Both the position numbers and the translations under genes were made by a program. The notes under the pieces were generated by a model. The model worked only from the letters and a program-made list of their open reading frames with translations. It made no database searches and had not been told where the DNA came from. A stretch of DNA of 64,000 bases from Acidimicrobiia bacterium (GTDB lineage Bacteria > Actinomycetota > Acidimicrobiia > Spongiisociales > UBA5794): contig CBDCGU010000003.1 in the NCBI GenBank assembly GCA_965216945.1, positions 309,319-373,318 on the forward strand. Direction: 5' to 3'. This document shows positions 39,385 to 49,500 of this stretch, piece after piece. The stretch's first letter is position 1, and each line of letters opens with the position of its first letter.

Positions 39385-40761
39385 TCACCGCACCGGGACG
39401 ATACGCATGACTGTGCCCTCGAAGTTGGCGATGTACATCTCGCCGGCGCCGTCGAGGCCGAACGTGTTGACCTGGCCGGCTTCGGTGAGGTCGTCCGACC
39501 AGTCCTGTTCCTCCGTGACGGTTCCGTTCTCATACCGGAAGCTCCGCACCCACAGCCCGCACCAATCGGCATAGAAGTAATGACCGTCGAGCTCCGGGAT
39601 CGCTTCTCCTCGATAGACATACCCGCCGGTGATCGAGCAGCCCTCGTCGTGGTTGTACTCCAACACGGGCAGCACGAGGCCGGTCATGTCACATTCCGAC
39701 GGCGAGAAGCAGTGTGCCCCCTCGGTGGTGAACCAGCCGAAGTTGGAGCCTGCGCCTTCGTCGAGACCGACGACGTTGACCTCCTCCCAACGCTGCTGGC
39801 CCACATCGGCGATGTACATCAGCCGCTCCTGAGCGTCGATGGCGAACCGCCACGGGTTGCGCAATCCGTAGGCCCACACCTCCGCGGCCCCGCCGCCGTC
39901 GACGAACGGGTTGTCGGCGGGGATCGCATACGGGTCGCCTGCATCCACGTCGAGGCGGACGATCGTGCCGAACATCGTGTCGGGGTTCTGGCCCTGGTTC
40001 CTGGCGTCCGCACCGTCACCCAGCGACACGTAGAGATGTCCTTCGGGTCCAAACGTCAACGCACCCGCATAGTGCCGGATGTCCGTGGAGTCGGGCGGCT
40101 GCTCCAACTCGATGAGAACGATCTCAGAGTCGCCATCCCCCCGATTCGGATCGTCGGACAGCGCAAACTCGGAGAGCTGGCGACGCCCGCCGGCGTCGGT
40201 GTAGTAGACGAAGAATCGCCCATTGGAGGAATACTCGGGATGGAATGCCAGCCCGAGCAGGCCCTGTTCGATCCCATTCGCACCAACCCGGTCACGCAGG
40301 TCGAGGAACGCATCTTCGAGCAACCGGCCCGCCTCGTCGACCACCCTGATGACGCCCTGGCGCTCCACGACGAACAACCGCAGGTCGCCTGCCGGAGCTG
40401 TCACCACGGTGGGCTGATGCAACCCGGTGGCGATCACCTCGACGGCGAGACCTTGGAGCGGGGCAGACGGATCGTCGCCGGTGTCTCCGCCCCCGTTGCC
40501 GTCGGTTGCTCCTTCGCCCGAATCACCGCTCGCCGTGGTGTCCCCCGGCGCCGTCGTGTCGGCGGTTGCGGCCAAGGTGGTCTCCGTGGAGGTCGCATCG
40601 CCGGCGGCGTCATCGGGCGCATCGGTGATCCCGAAGGGGGACTCCATGGCATCGCCGCACGCTCCCAACGCCAGGGCGAGCACGACACCGGCAGCCGCCA
40701 GGGACCAGGCGACGCGGCCACGGCTCGTGATGTCGGGTCGAGTGCGATTCATCGGCCCCAT
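39385..40761 (-). CDS. PQQ-dependent sugar dehydrogenase family lipoprotein
   Basis: Lipobox LGAC, EQGLLGLAFHP, YAIPADNPF, YGLRNPWR, CSITGGYVYRG. Confidence 0.9.
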   Translation of the reverse strand: MGPMNRTRPDITSRGRVAWSLAAAGVVLALALGACGDAMESPFGITDAPDDAAGDATSTETTLAATADTTAPGDTTASGDSGEGATDGNGGGDTGDDPSAPLQGLAVEVIATGLHQPTVVTAPAGDLRLFVVERQGVIRVVDEAGRLLEDAFLDLRDRVGANGIEQGLLGLAFHPEYSSNGRFFVYYTDAGGRRQLSEFALSDDPNRGDGDSEIVLIELEQPPDSTDIRHYAGALTFGPEGHLYVSLGDGADARNQGQNPDTMFGTIVRLDVDAGDPYAIPADNPFVDGGGAAEVWAYGLRNPWRFAIDAQERLMYIADVGQQRWEEVNVVGLDEGAGSNFGWFTTEGAHCFSPSECDMTGLVLPVLEYNHDEGCSITGGYVYRGEAIPELDGHYFYADWCGLWVRSFRYENGTVTEEQDWSDDLTEAGQVNTFGLDGAGEMYIANFEGTVMRIVPVR

Positions 40762-40882
40762 GGTCGCAAGTTCGTCGGTCTTTGTCGCATTCTCGGTCGG
40801 TGCGTCCCCATCACAGCCGAGCTTGTGTCACCGTCCAAGCACCGATACGTTGGCGGGGGCACGCCCGAACCCCCGGAGCAAC

Positions 40883-41992
40883 GTGGTGGCAACCTCACAA
40901 GGACAGCGTTTCTTCGACAGCCGATCGGCTTTCACGATGTTCGTCACCACGACGGACGAGAAGGTGCAGATCGCAGAGCGCATCGCACGGGAGACCGACC
41001 ACATCGAGCCGGGTGAGTGGGCGTTGCGCATCTTCGATGCGGGAATGGGAGATGCCACGGTGCTCGGTCTCCTCATGCGGCGCCTCCACCGGCGCTTCAC
41101 CCACGTCCCGTGGCGCATCGTCGGCAAGGAGATCAGCGTCGAGGACGTGCGCCATGCCCTCGCCTGGCTCCCCGATCGCTTCGCCGAGCACCCGGAACTC
41201 GTCTTCGTGGTCACCAACCTTCGCTACAGCAGCGCCACGAAGCTGGCCACACGGGGAGACGTACGCTGGCGAAGCCATCCTCTCGAAGGGGACACGGCAT
41301 ACGACTTCGAGCTTCAGATCCGGTCGACCCACCCGATGATCGAGGACGATTGGTCCGTCACCACGTCGACGAGAACGGGCAATCCGATACCAGCGCACCC
41401 ATCGGTCCACGTGTTCTATCGCAAAGACCGCGAGTTCATTCTCCGCAATGCCATCCCTCGGCCCGGAGCGGTCGACGGCGAGTACGACCTCGTGATCGCC
41501 TCCCAGCCCTACCGGGCTCGCAGCTCCGCCGAGCACAAGGTACGGACGGTCATCGCACCGCTGGCAAGAGCGCTGGCTCCGGGCGGGCGGATGATCGCAA
41601 TCCACGGCGCCGGAGGCGATCCCGGTCTCGAGATCATCCGCGGCGTGTGGCCAGACGAGACGCCGTTCGTCACCGACCGACACCAGCTGATCGCCGAAGC
41701 GAAGCGGCAGTTGGCCGACAGGCCGGATCTCGAGTTCCCCGAGCTGGACGACGACGAAGCCATCTTCCAGTACCGGCTCAACATGATGCCGTCCGAGCGG
41801 CAGGAGCATATCGGCACGTCGTCCATCCTGGCGGCCTGGAACGCAGCAGGGTACGTGGCCCAGATCGAAGAGGCCCGCCTGGCCGATGCCTTGGCGACCG
41901 GGGCCTACGTGGATGCGACCCGCGACGTGCTGGCCCGATACGGCGGGGTGTGGTTCAACGACGAGAGCTACGTCATCAGGAGAAGACCATGA
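40883..41992 (+). CDS. Conserved hypothetical protein, SAM-methyltransferase-like
   Basis: LRIFDAGMGDAT motif-I-like, VGKEISVED, YDLVIASQPY, LAPGG; start uncertain. Confidence 0.65.
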   Translation: MVATSQGQRFFDSRSAFTMFVTTTDEKVQIAERIARETDHIEPGEWALRIFDAGMGDATVLGLLMRRLHRRFTHVPWRIVGKEISVEDVRHALAWLPDRFAEHPELVFVVTNLRYSSATKLATRGDVRWRSHPLEGDTAYDFELQIRSTHPMIEDDWSVTTSTRTGNPIPAHPSVHVFYRKDREFILRNAIPRPGAVDGEYDLVIASQPYRARSSAEHKVRTVIAPLARALAPGGRMIAIHGAGGDPGLEIIRGVWPDETPFVTDRHQLIAEAKRQLADRPDLEFPELDDDEAIFQYRLNMMPSERQEHIGTSSILAAWNAAGYVAQIEEARLADALATGAYVDATRDVLARYGGVWFNDESYVIRRRP

Positions 41993-42447
41993 ACGGACCG
42001 ATCGCTCAGACGAGCTTGCAGGTAACGGTGGACTGTGCGGATCCCGATGCGCAAGCTCGCTTCTGGGCGTCGGCGCTCCGTTACGAGCTCCAGGGTCCTC
42101 CCCCGCCCCACGTGAGCTGGCGGGACTACTGGATCAGCGTCGGTGTGCCCGCAGACGAGGTCGAGGACGGGTTCGATGCCATCGTCGACCCCACCGGGCG
42201 TGGACCCCGGATCTGGTTCCAGCACGTACCCGAGCCCAAAACGGCCAAGAACCGCCTCCACTTCGACCTCCTCGTCGGCGGAGGCCGCTCCGTACCGCTG
42301 GAGGAGCGGAAGCGTCGTGTGCACTCCGAGGCCGACCGCTTGCAAGTGCTCGGCGCAGCCGTGCGCCACGTGATGGACAACTCCGAGCACAACCACTACG
42401 CCATCGCCATGGCGGACCCGGAGGGCAACGAGTTCGACGTCGTCTGA
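41989..42447 (+). CDS. VOC (glyoxalase-like) family protein
   Basis: VTVDCADP..RFWA, FQHVPEPKTAKNRLHFD, MADPEGNEF. Confidence 0.9.
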   Translation: MNGPIAQTSLQVTVDCADPDAQARFWASALRYELQGPPPPHVSWRDYWISVGVPADEVEDGFDAIVDPTGRGPRIWFQHVPEPKTAKNRLHFDLLVGGGRSVPLEERKRRVHSEADRLQVLGAAVRHVMDNSEHNHYAIAMADPEGNEFDVV

Positions 42448-42574
42448 TGGACACGCTCGGAACAGACGGCCGACCGGGCTACCTCCACGTCGCGGGCTGG
42501 TGTCCCGAGGTGCACATCATGCACAGGATCGCGCCGGCTTCGACGAGATCAGGACGGATTCACGACTCGGGACG

Positions 42575-43846
42575 CTACGCCGAGAGGTCTTCCGGCATCT
42601 CGCCGGCGACGAGGTCCTGCATGGGGATGAGGGTGGGATTCACCCGGTCGCGAACGACGTCGCCGTCGATCAGCACCTGAGCGATGTCGGTGCGGGACGG
42701 CAACTCATACATGGTGTCGAGCAAGACCTCCTCCATGATGGCCCGCAGGCCTCGCGCCCCGGTCCCCCGCAGCATGGCTTGCTCGGCGATGGCCTCGAGG
42801 GCGTCGTCGGTGATCTGCAGCTCCACGCCGTCCATCTCGAAGAACTTGCAGTACTGCTTGGAGAGGGCATTGCGCGGCTCGGTGAGAACCCGGACCAAGG
42901 CCTCCTTGTCGAGATCGTCGACGGTGGCGACCACCGGGAGTCTGCCGATGAACTCCGGGATGAGGCCGAACCCGATCAGGTCCTCCGGCATCACCTTGGA
43001 GATCAGCTCGCTCGGACGCCCGTTGTCCGCGGAACGGACCTCGGCGCCGAAACCCACCGATTTCTTGCCGATGCGGTTGCCGATCACCTCCTCGAGGCCG
43101 GCAAACGCACCACCGCAGATGAACAGCATGTTGGTCGTGTCGATCTGCAGGAACTCCTGGTGGGGGTGCTTGCGACCGCCCTGGGGCGGTACGGACGCGA
43201 CCGTGCCCTCCAGGATCTTGAGGAGGGCCTGTTGCACACCCTCGCCGGATACATCCCGGGTGATCGACGGGTTCTCCGCTTTGCGGGCGATCTTGTCGAT
43301 CTCGTCGATGTAGATGATCCCCGTCTCGGCGCGCTTGATGTCGAAGTCGGCGGCCTGGATCAGCTTGAGGAGGATGTTCTCGACGTCCTCACCCACGTAG
43401 CCGGCCTCCGTCAGCGCGGTGGCATCGGCGATGGCGAAAGGTACGTTGAGCCGGCGCGCCAGGGTCTGCGCCATGAGGGTCTTGCCGACACCGGTCGGGC
43501 CGACGAGCAGGATGTTGGACTTCTGCAGCTCGACGTCGTCGTCGCTGCGGTTGCCCGCCTGGACTCGCTTGTAGTGGTTGTACACGGCAACGGACAGGAT
43601 CCTCTTGGCGCGTTCCTGCCCGACCACGTACGACTCGAGGAACTCATAGATCTCGTGGGGCTTCGGCAGCTCCGTGAAACCGACCTCTTCGATCTCGGCG
43701 AGCTCTTCCTCGATGATCTCGTTACACAGCTCGATGCACTCGTCGCAGATGTAGACGCCCGGACCGGCGATCAGCTTCTTGACTTGCTTCTGCGATTTGC
43801 CACAGAAGCTGCACTTGAGCAGCTCGGTCCCTTCGTATTTGGCCAC
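42575..43846 (-). CDS. clpX: ATP-dependent Clp protease ATPase subunit ClpX
   Basis: CSFCGK zinc finger, [20 protein letters not shown]. Confidence 0.98.
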   Translation of the reverse strand: MAKYEGTELLKCSFCGKSQKQVKKLIAGPGVYICDECIELCNEIIEEELAEIEEVGFTELPKPHEIYEFLESYVVGQERAKRILSVAVYNHYKRVQAGNRSDDDVELQKSNILLVGPTGVGKTLMAQTLARRLNVPFAIADATALTEAGYVGEDVENILLKLIQAADFDIKRAETGIIYIDEIDKIARKAENPSITRDVSGEGVQQALLKILEGTVASVPPQGGRKHPHQEFLQIDTTNMLFICGGAFAGLEEVIGNRIGKKSVGFGAEVRSADNGRPSELISKVMPEDLIGFGLIPEFIGRLPVVATVDDLDKEALVRVLTEPRNALSKQYCKFFEMDGVELQITDDALEAIAEQAMLRGTGARGLRAIMEEVLLDTMYELPSRTDIAQVLIDGDVVRDRVNPTLIPMQDLVAGEMPEDLSA

Positions 43847-43859
43847 GAGTGAGTTTCTC

Positions 43860-44471
43860 CTACCCGGTCTTCACGGCTTCCAGGTTACGTGCCTGAATCA
43901 CCTGGTCAACGATTCCGTACTCCATCGCCTCGTCGCTGCCCATCCAGAAGTCACGATCGGTGTCCTGCTGGACCTGCTCGAGCGGCTGTTTCGTGTGCTT
44001 GGCGAGAATGACGTTGATGTCCTCACGCGTCTTGAGGATCTCACGGGCGTGGATCTCGATGTCCGTCGCCTGCCCGCCGAGGCCGGAGATGTGGGGCTGA
44101 TGCAACATGATGCGGGAGTGCGGCAAGGCGAAGCGCTTGCCCTCTGCGCCGCCGGCGAGCAACACGGCCGCTGCAGAAGCCGCCAGGCCCATGCAGTACG
44201 TCGCAACATCCGGCTTGATGAACTGCATCGTGTCGTAGATGGCCATCAGTGCCGTCGTCGAACCGCCCGGCGAGTTGATGTAGATCGAGATGTCCTTGTC
44301 CGGGTCCTCACCTTCGAGGTGAATCAGCTGCGCCATGATCAGGTTGCCGACGGTGTCGTCGATCGGCGTGCCGAGGAACACGATGCGCTCCTTCAGCAAA
44401 CGGCTGTAGATGTCGAACGCCCGCTCACCACGAGGGGTCTGCTCGACGACGGTGGGTACGAGATAGCTCAT
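43860..44471 (-). CDS. clpP: ATP-dependent Clp protease proteolytic subunit
   Basis: [35 protein letters not shown]. Confidence 0.97.
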   Translation of the reverse strand: MSYLVPTVVEQTPRGERAFDIYSRLLKERIVFLGTPIDDTVGNLIMAQLIHLEGEDPDKDISIYINSPGGSTTALMAIYDTMQFIKPDVATYCMGLAASAAAVLLAGGAEGKRFALPHSRIMLHQPHISGLGGQATDIEIHAREILKTREDINVILAKHTKQPLEQVQQDTDRDFWMGSDEAMEYGIVDQVIQARNLEAVKTG

Positions 44472-44493
44472 TGCGGAGAATCCTTGCGGCTCG

Positions 44494-45903
44494 TCATTCG
44501 TCTTCGTCGGCCTCCGGACCGGTGTCCTCGTCACCGGTCTCGTCTACGGGCGCCTCGTCCTCGTCGAGCTCATCGTCATCGAGCCCCAGATCGATCGTGA
44601 GGTCCACCGGGTTTCCATTCTCGTCGACCGCCGTTGCGGCCTCGAACACCCGGTCGAGCGCCTTGCGTCTCAGGATATCACCGGCCAGGACCCTGTCTCG
44701 ACCACTGGCCACCAGCGCACTCTTCATGTCCTCGGCGTCGCGACCGGCCGACTCCGCGATCTCGGCGATGGCCTCATCGAGCTCCTCGTCCTCGACCTCG
44801 AGTCGTGCGTCTGCCGCAACCGCATCGAGGAGCACTCGTGTGTGCAGCGCCCGCACGGCGCTCGTACGCACGTCGTCGAGAAAGGCTTGCTGATCCATGC
44901 CGGTGAGCTGGAGGTACGTCCCCAGATCGATGCCTTGCGCTTGGAGGTTGTGGGCCATGTTGTGCAACGAGGCTTCCATCTCGGCATCGACGAGCGCATC
45001 GGGCAAGTCGATGTCCATGTCCTCGATCAAGGCCTCCAGCACCCCGTCTCGGTACGCACCTTGGGTGGCGTTCAGCTTCATCGCGAGCAGTTGCCGCTCG
45101 AGCTGATCGGACAGCTCCTCGACAGTCTCGAACTCGGACATGTCCGACACCCACTCGTCTGTGAGCTCCGGCAGCTTCTTGCCCTTCACACCCTTGACGA
45201 GAACCCTCAGCGTGACGTCCTCGCCGGCGCGGTCGCCAAACCCTGGCGGCAGGGTCGCCGGGCCGTCCTTGATCGTGCCCGGCGTCACCCCAACCAGCAT
45301 CTCATCGAGACCCGGGATGTAGGAGCGCGATCCGACCTCGTAGAGCAGATCGTTGGCATTGACGTCCTCCAACGACTCGCCGTTGGCCTCGGCCGAGAGG
45401 TTGATCATGACGAAATCGCCCTCGTCGGCCTCACGGTCGACGTCCTCGAGCTCTGCGTACTGTGTGCGCACCCGGTCGATCTGAGCCGCGAGCTCCTCTT
45501 CCTCGACCTCGGGGTAGTCCACGGTGATCTTGCGATCGAGGCTCGGCGGGGCATCGATCGAAGGCCAAAGCGTGATCTTGACGTGGACGTCGACTCCACC
45601 TTCGTCACGGGGCGTGACATCTTCGATCTGGGGCGTCGTTGCCGGGTCGAGATCGGTTTGCTCGAGGGCCGAGCCAACCAGATCGGGCAGTGCTTCTTCA
45701 AGCGCCTCGTTCTGCAGAGTCTCGGCGCCAACCATGCGCTCCACCACGGGTCGTGGTGCCTTGCCGGGTCGGAAACCCTTGATCTTGAGCTCGCGTGAGA
45801 GCTTGCGCGCCGCCTTGTTCTTGGCATCTTCCAGCTCGGTTTCGGCCAGGTGCAGCGTCAACAGACGCTCGAACGGCCCTGCTTCGATGACATCGGTGTC
45901 CAA
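44494..45903 (-). CDS. tig: Trigger factor
   Basis: [10 protein letters not shown] ribosome-binding motif, FKBP-like middle domain; upstream of clpP. Confidence 0.95.
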   Translation of the reverse strand: MDTDVIEAGPFERLLTLHLAETELEDAKNKAARKLSRELKIKGFRPGKAPRPVVERMVGAETLQNEALEEALPDLVGSALEQTDLDPATTPQIEDVTPRDEGGVDVHVKITLWPSIDAPPSLDRKITVDYPEVEEEELAAQIDRVRTQYAELEDVDREADEGDFVMINLSAEANGESLEDVNANDLLYEVGSRSYIPGLDEMLVGVTPGTIKDGPATLPPGFGDRAGEDVTLRVLVKGVKGKKLPELTDEWVSDMSEFETVEELSDQLERQLLAMKLNATQGAYRDGVLEALIEDMDIDLPDALVDAEMEASLHNMAHNLQAQGIDLGTYLQLTGMDQQAFLDDVRTSAVRALHTRVLLDAVAADARLEVEDEELDEAIAEIAESAGRDAEDMKSALVASGRDRVLAGDILRRKALDRVFEAATAVDENGNPVDLTIDLGLDDDELDEDEAPVDETGDEDTGPEADEDE

Positions 45904-46069
45904 GGTGAGTTAGCTCCGTGCTCGGTCGGGTACCGCCGCCATGAGGCGGGCGTGACGTCGGACGTTGAACGTCAGACGTCATTGCCCGACAGCGGCGTGT
46001 CTGACTTCTTGACATCTGTGAGGCGGCGCCGGCCGCCGTGCTCGAGCGAGCGGCAGCGAGCGATGCCGG

Positions 46070-46145
46070 GGTGGCCGACGGGATTTGAACCCGCGACCTC
46101 CTGGACCACAACCAGGCGCTCTAACCGAGCTGAGCTACGGCCACC
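46070..46145 (-). tRNA. tRNA-His(GTG)
   Basis: G-1 plus GTGGCCGTAGCTCAG...CCTGGTTGTGGTCCAGG...GGTTCAAATCCCGTCGGCCACC. Confidence 0.96.
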
Positions 46146-46227
46146 ATGTGAGCCGGTGAGGTTAGCCGGGATGGGCGGCGCCCAGAACCAGCGCCGCGGG
46201 GCACTGGGCTAACCTCTGGACGATCCA

Positions 46228-46298
46228 GCGGATGTAGCTCAATGGTAGAGCCCCAGCCTTCCAAGCTGGTTATGCGGGTTCGATTCCCGTCATCCGCT
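46228..46298 (+). tRNA. tRNA-Gly(TCC)
   Basis: GCGGATGTAGCTCAATGGTAGAGC-CCAGC CTTCCAA GCTGG-GGTTCGATTCCCGTCATCCGCT. Confidence 0.97.
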
Positions 46299-46352
46299 CG
46301 AAGGCCGCCGTGCGGTGCGTGATCCAAGCGACCGTCGCAAGGTCCCGCCATC

Positions 46353-46425
46353 GCCCCCGTAGCTCAGTGGACAGAGCAGGAGCCTTCTAAGCTCTTGGTC
46401 GAGGGTTCGAATCCTTCCGGGGGCG
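46353..46425 (+). tRNA. tRNA-Arg(TCT)
   Basis: GCCCCCGTAGCTCAGTGGACAGAGC-GGAGC CTTCTAA GCTCT-GGTTCGAATCCTTCCGGGGGCG. Confidence 0.96.
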
Positions 46426-46549
46426 CTCCGCACCCGCCTCGGCGGGTAGGTGGGCAATCCGCCCTGCACGTCCCCGCCCTCGGCTTTCCGTCCCAGGGCC
46501 TCACTCCTGTGCGTTCGCCTCCCTTCTACGTGTTGCGGAGAACGAGCCG

Positions 46550-49500
46550 TCAGCTGCCGGATGCTTGGTACGACTGGAACAAGATCTCCGCCAGGGTCCG
46601 CCGCGTCAACGGTGTTGTGTCGTCGGCCGGGGAGAGGCCGACTGCTCCGTTCAAATCGCCGACCGTGGCGGTGGCGGTCGATCCAGTGTCGAGATCGGCG
46701 GGAGCTTCGGACAGCGCCTGCGAGACGGCCGTGGCGAGTTCGGCATCGGTGACGGCGGCATCCGGGCAGAACAGGTCGCCGATGGGCGGATTGCATCCGG
46801 TGAGGAGACCCGTGTTGGCCACCCACAGGATCGCCGAGTAGTCGGCGTCGCCCACGGGAACATCCACGAACCCGAGCGAGGCGCCGCCCGGGACGACATC
46901 CAATCCAGCGCATCCGTCCACGGTCGACTCGACGGCGACGCCGCGGAACCCGGCCGGCCCTGCCCGACCAACGGCTTCGGCAGCTTGCGACGCCGTCTCC
47001 ACCGGCACGACGCCAACGGTGCGATCCGCTGCCCAATCCGGAACGAGGTTCGAGTCCATCTCCGTGGCCGGCAATCCGATGTCCCGCAGCTGCGCGACCC
47101 CTTCAGCCGCCTGCTCGGGGGTGTCCCAGGTGGCCATGACAGCGAGCCAGCACGCCGACGGCGCCACTGCAGACGCATCGGAGAGCGGGGAGAAGAGGGA
47201 TGTCGCAGCCGGGGCCGCCGGCGCTTCGACGACCGCGGCGGACGTGCCGGTAGCGTCGGTCGGGACGGGGACCTCATCGGCGAAGTAGTCGTTTGCGGCG
47301 TACCAGACCGCCGCGGCAACGGCGGCAACTGCGAGGAGGAGCGCCAGGAGTTTCACGACGCTACGGGCGGTAGCGCCTGAGTTGCCATGCGTGCTCCGCG
47401 GGCGGGGGGGCTCGCCTTCAGGGATGAAGGACTGGCCGAAGACGTGCTCTCCGGGCTCGGCCCGCTTCGCCCTCTTTTGCGCTGCCTTCTGCTCGGCCGT
47501 TTCGGCTTTGCGGCTCGCCTTGGCCGCACGTGCCTCTTCCCGCTTCGCCTTGCGTCCGCTCGGTCCTCCACGAGCGGCCGCGGACTTCTTCGTGGCTTTC
47601 AGAGCGGCCTTCTCTTCGCGCGACAGAGAGGCCGCCTCGGCCTTTGCCGCCGCCTTCTCCGCCTTCGCCCGAGCCTTGGCCTCCGCCTTCTCTTCTGCTC
47701 TGGCAGCCCTCAGCTCTGCCTTGGACATCAGGCTGGCCGCCGTCGTGTCGGTCCGCTTGAGTGGCTTGATCGGCGGCCGGCTCGACGCAGGCTTCGCCGG
47801 CTTCGGTGGAATCACAACGGGCGGAACGGCGGGGTCGGTGGTCGTATCCATACCGAGCGGCTCGGCCGACGCCATCGGGGAGGCAGTATCACCGGCGGGC
47901 GGAGCGATCAGCGGAGCGACCGGTGCGTCCGGAGGCGCCGCCGGTGTCGTCGTGGCGTCCTTCAGTCGGGGGCGATTCGCCTCGGCCTCGGCAATGACCG
48001 GCGCAACCTGGGCCCAGTCCACCGAGTCGTCGACCAACACCTCGAGATCTTCCATGTCGGTCACGCGGCCCACGATGCCGGGAACCTGCTCGCCGGCGAG
48101 GCGAATGAACTCCTTCACGGCGGCATGACTCGGGCCCTCGACGACCCACATCTCGCCATCACCCGGATCGTATGCGTTGCAGCCCGTTCGTACCCGAAGT
48201 GCACGCAGCGTCGTGCCATCGATGCCAATGAGGCGCTTGGCACTGCCGGGCGGCATCAGCAGCCGGCCCTTTGCGGGGAGGATGAGCCGGTGGACCTCAT
48301 CGATCGCGGACCGCACGGCGCGACCCGACTGTCCGAGCACCGTGACGATGTCGTCCTGCAAGGTCACAGCCAGCACCTCCGGCCCGGCGCGCAGCTCGGC
48401 GATAGCAGCACCATCGGCACCTTCAACGAGCGCTGCCCGCCCGACCGGGAGACGAGCGACGATCCGGCGCACCTTGGCAGCGACAGGCGCCTGTGGCACA
48501 GCCGAGTCGTCCACCATCGTCATCGGATCGGAGGTCTCGGGAGCGACAGGCGCCGGTATGACGCCTGCAGTTGCACGGCGTTTGAGTCCACCGAGGAAGC
48601 CGGGCAACGTCGATGCGATCTCGGCGAGGCTCGGATCGCCGGCGGGGCCGATCAACGCTGCTTCGAGATGCAGGTTGTCCTCGTACAGCCATACGACTTT
48701 GCGTTCCCACTCGACGGAGTCGTCGAGGGACAGCATCGCCAGCACAGCCGAGATGTCGGCCGGAGCCGACGACATCTCCAGCCAGCCGTTGTTGACGACG
48801 AAGCTGTCCTGATTCTCCTCGACGAACTCGATCAGGTCGACATCGATCGGCAGGCGGCGGCGAGCGGGAGATCGATCTGGCCGCAAGATCACATCAACCG
48901 GCGTACCGGCAGGGGGATTGAAGCCGTTCATGAGGCGGCCACGCTCGACCTGGAAGCGGTGTGACATGCCGGTCACCCGCTCCTGGTGCTCGAGCTCGAC
49001 GGTGACGCTGCCGAGCCTCCCGTCGTGGTGCACGACCTTCGCCGGCACGGGACGTGAGTTGTCCACACCAGGTATGGACTCGAGATGCCGAATGGCCTGA
49101 GGGAGCAGCGACACGGTCGTAGACCGGCCGTCTGGGAACTCGGGAAGAGCACGAGCCGTGAGGCGCGCACCTTCGCGAAGGCGGGCCCCGAAGTTCGCAT
49201 CGGAGGCCGAGACACCGGCCGCCTGCGGCACGAAGAAGCTGCCGTAGCCATCGGTGCGGCCGAGCTCGACGAGTGGGCCGAGATGGTCGGACTCGACGCC
49301 GCGAACCATCACTTCGATGTCGTCCCACGTGGCGAGGTCCGGATGGTCGGCCGGATCGATCGGGGCGTCCTGGGCCATCGGGTCGATCAAGATGATCGCC
49401 TGTCGCTGGTCACTTCTGCGATACCCGACCACCCTGCCGCGAATGCGTGGGGATCCGTCGATGGGTGCGGTCGGACGCGCCGGTGCGGCCAGTAGCTCGG

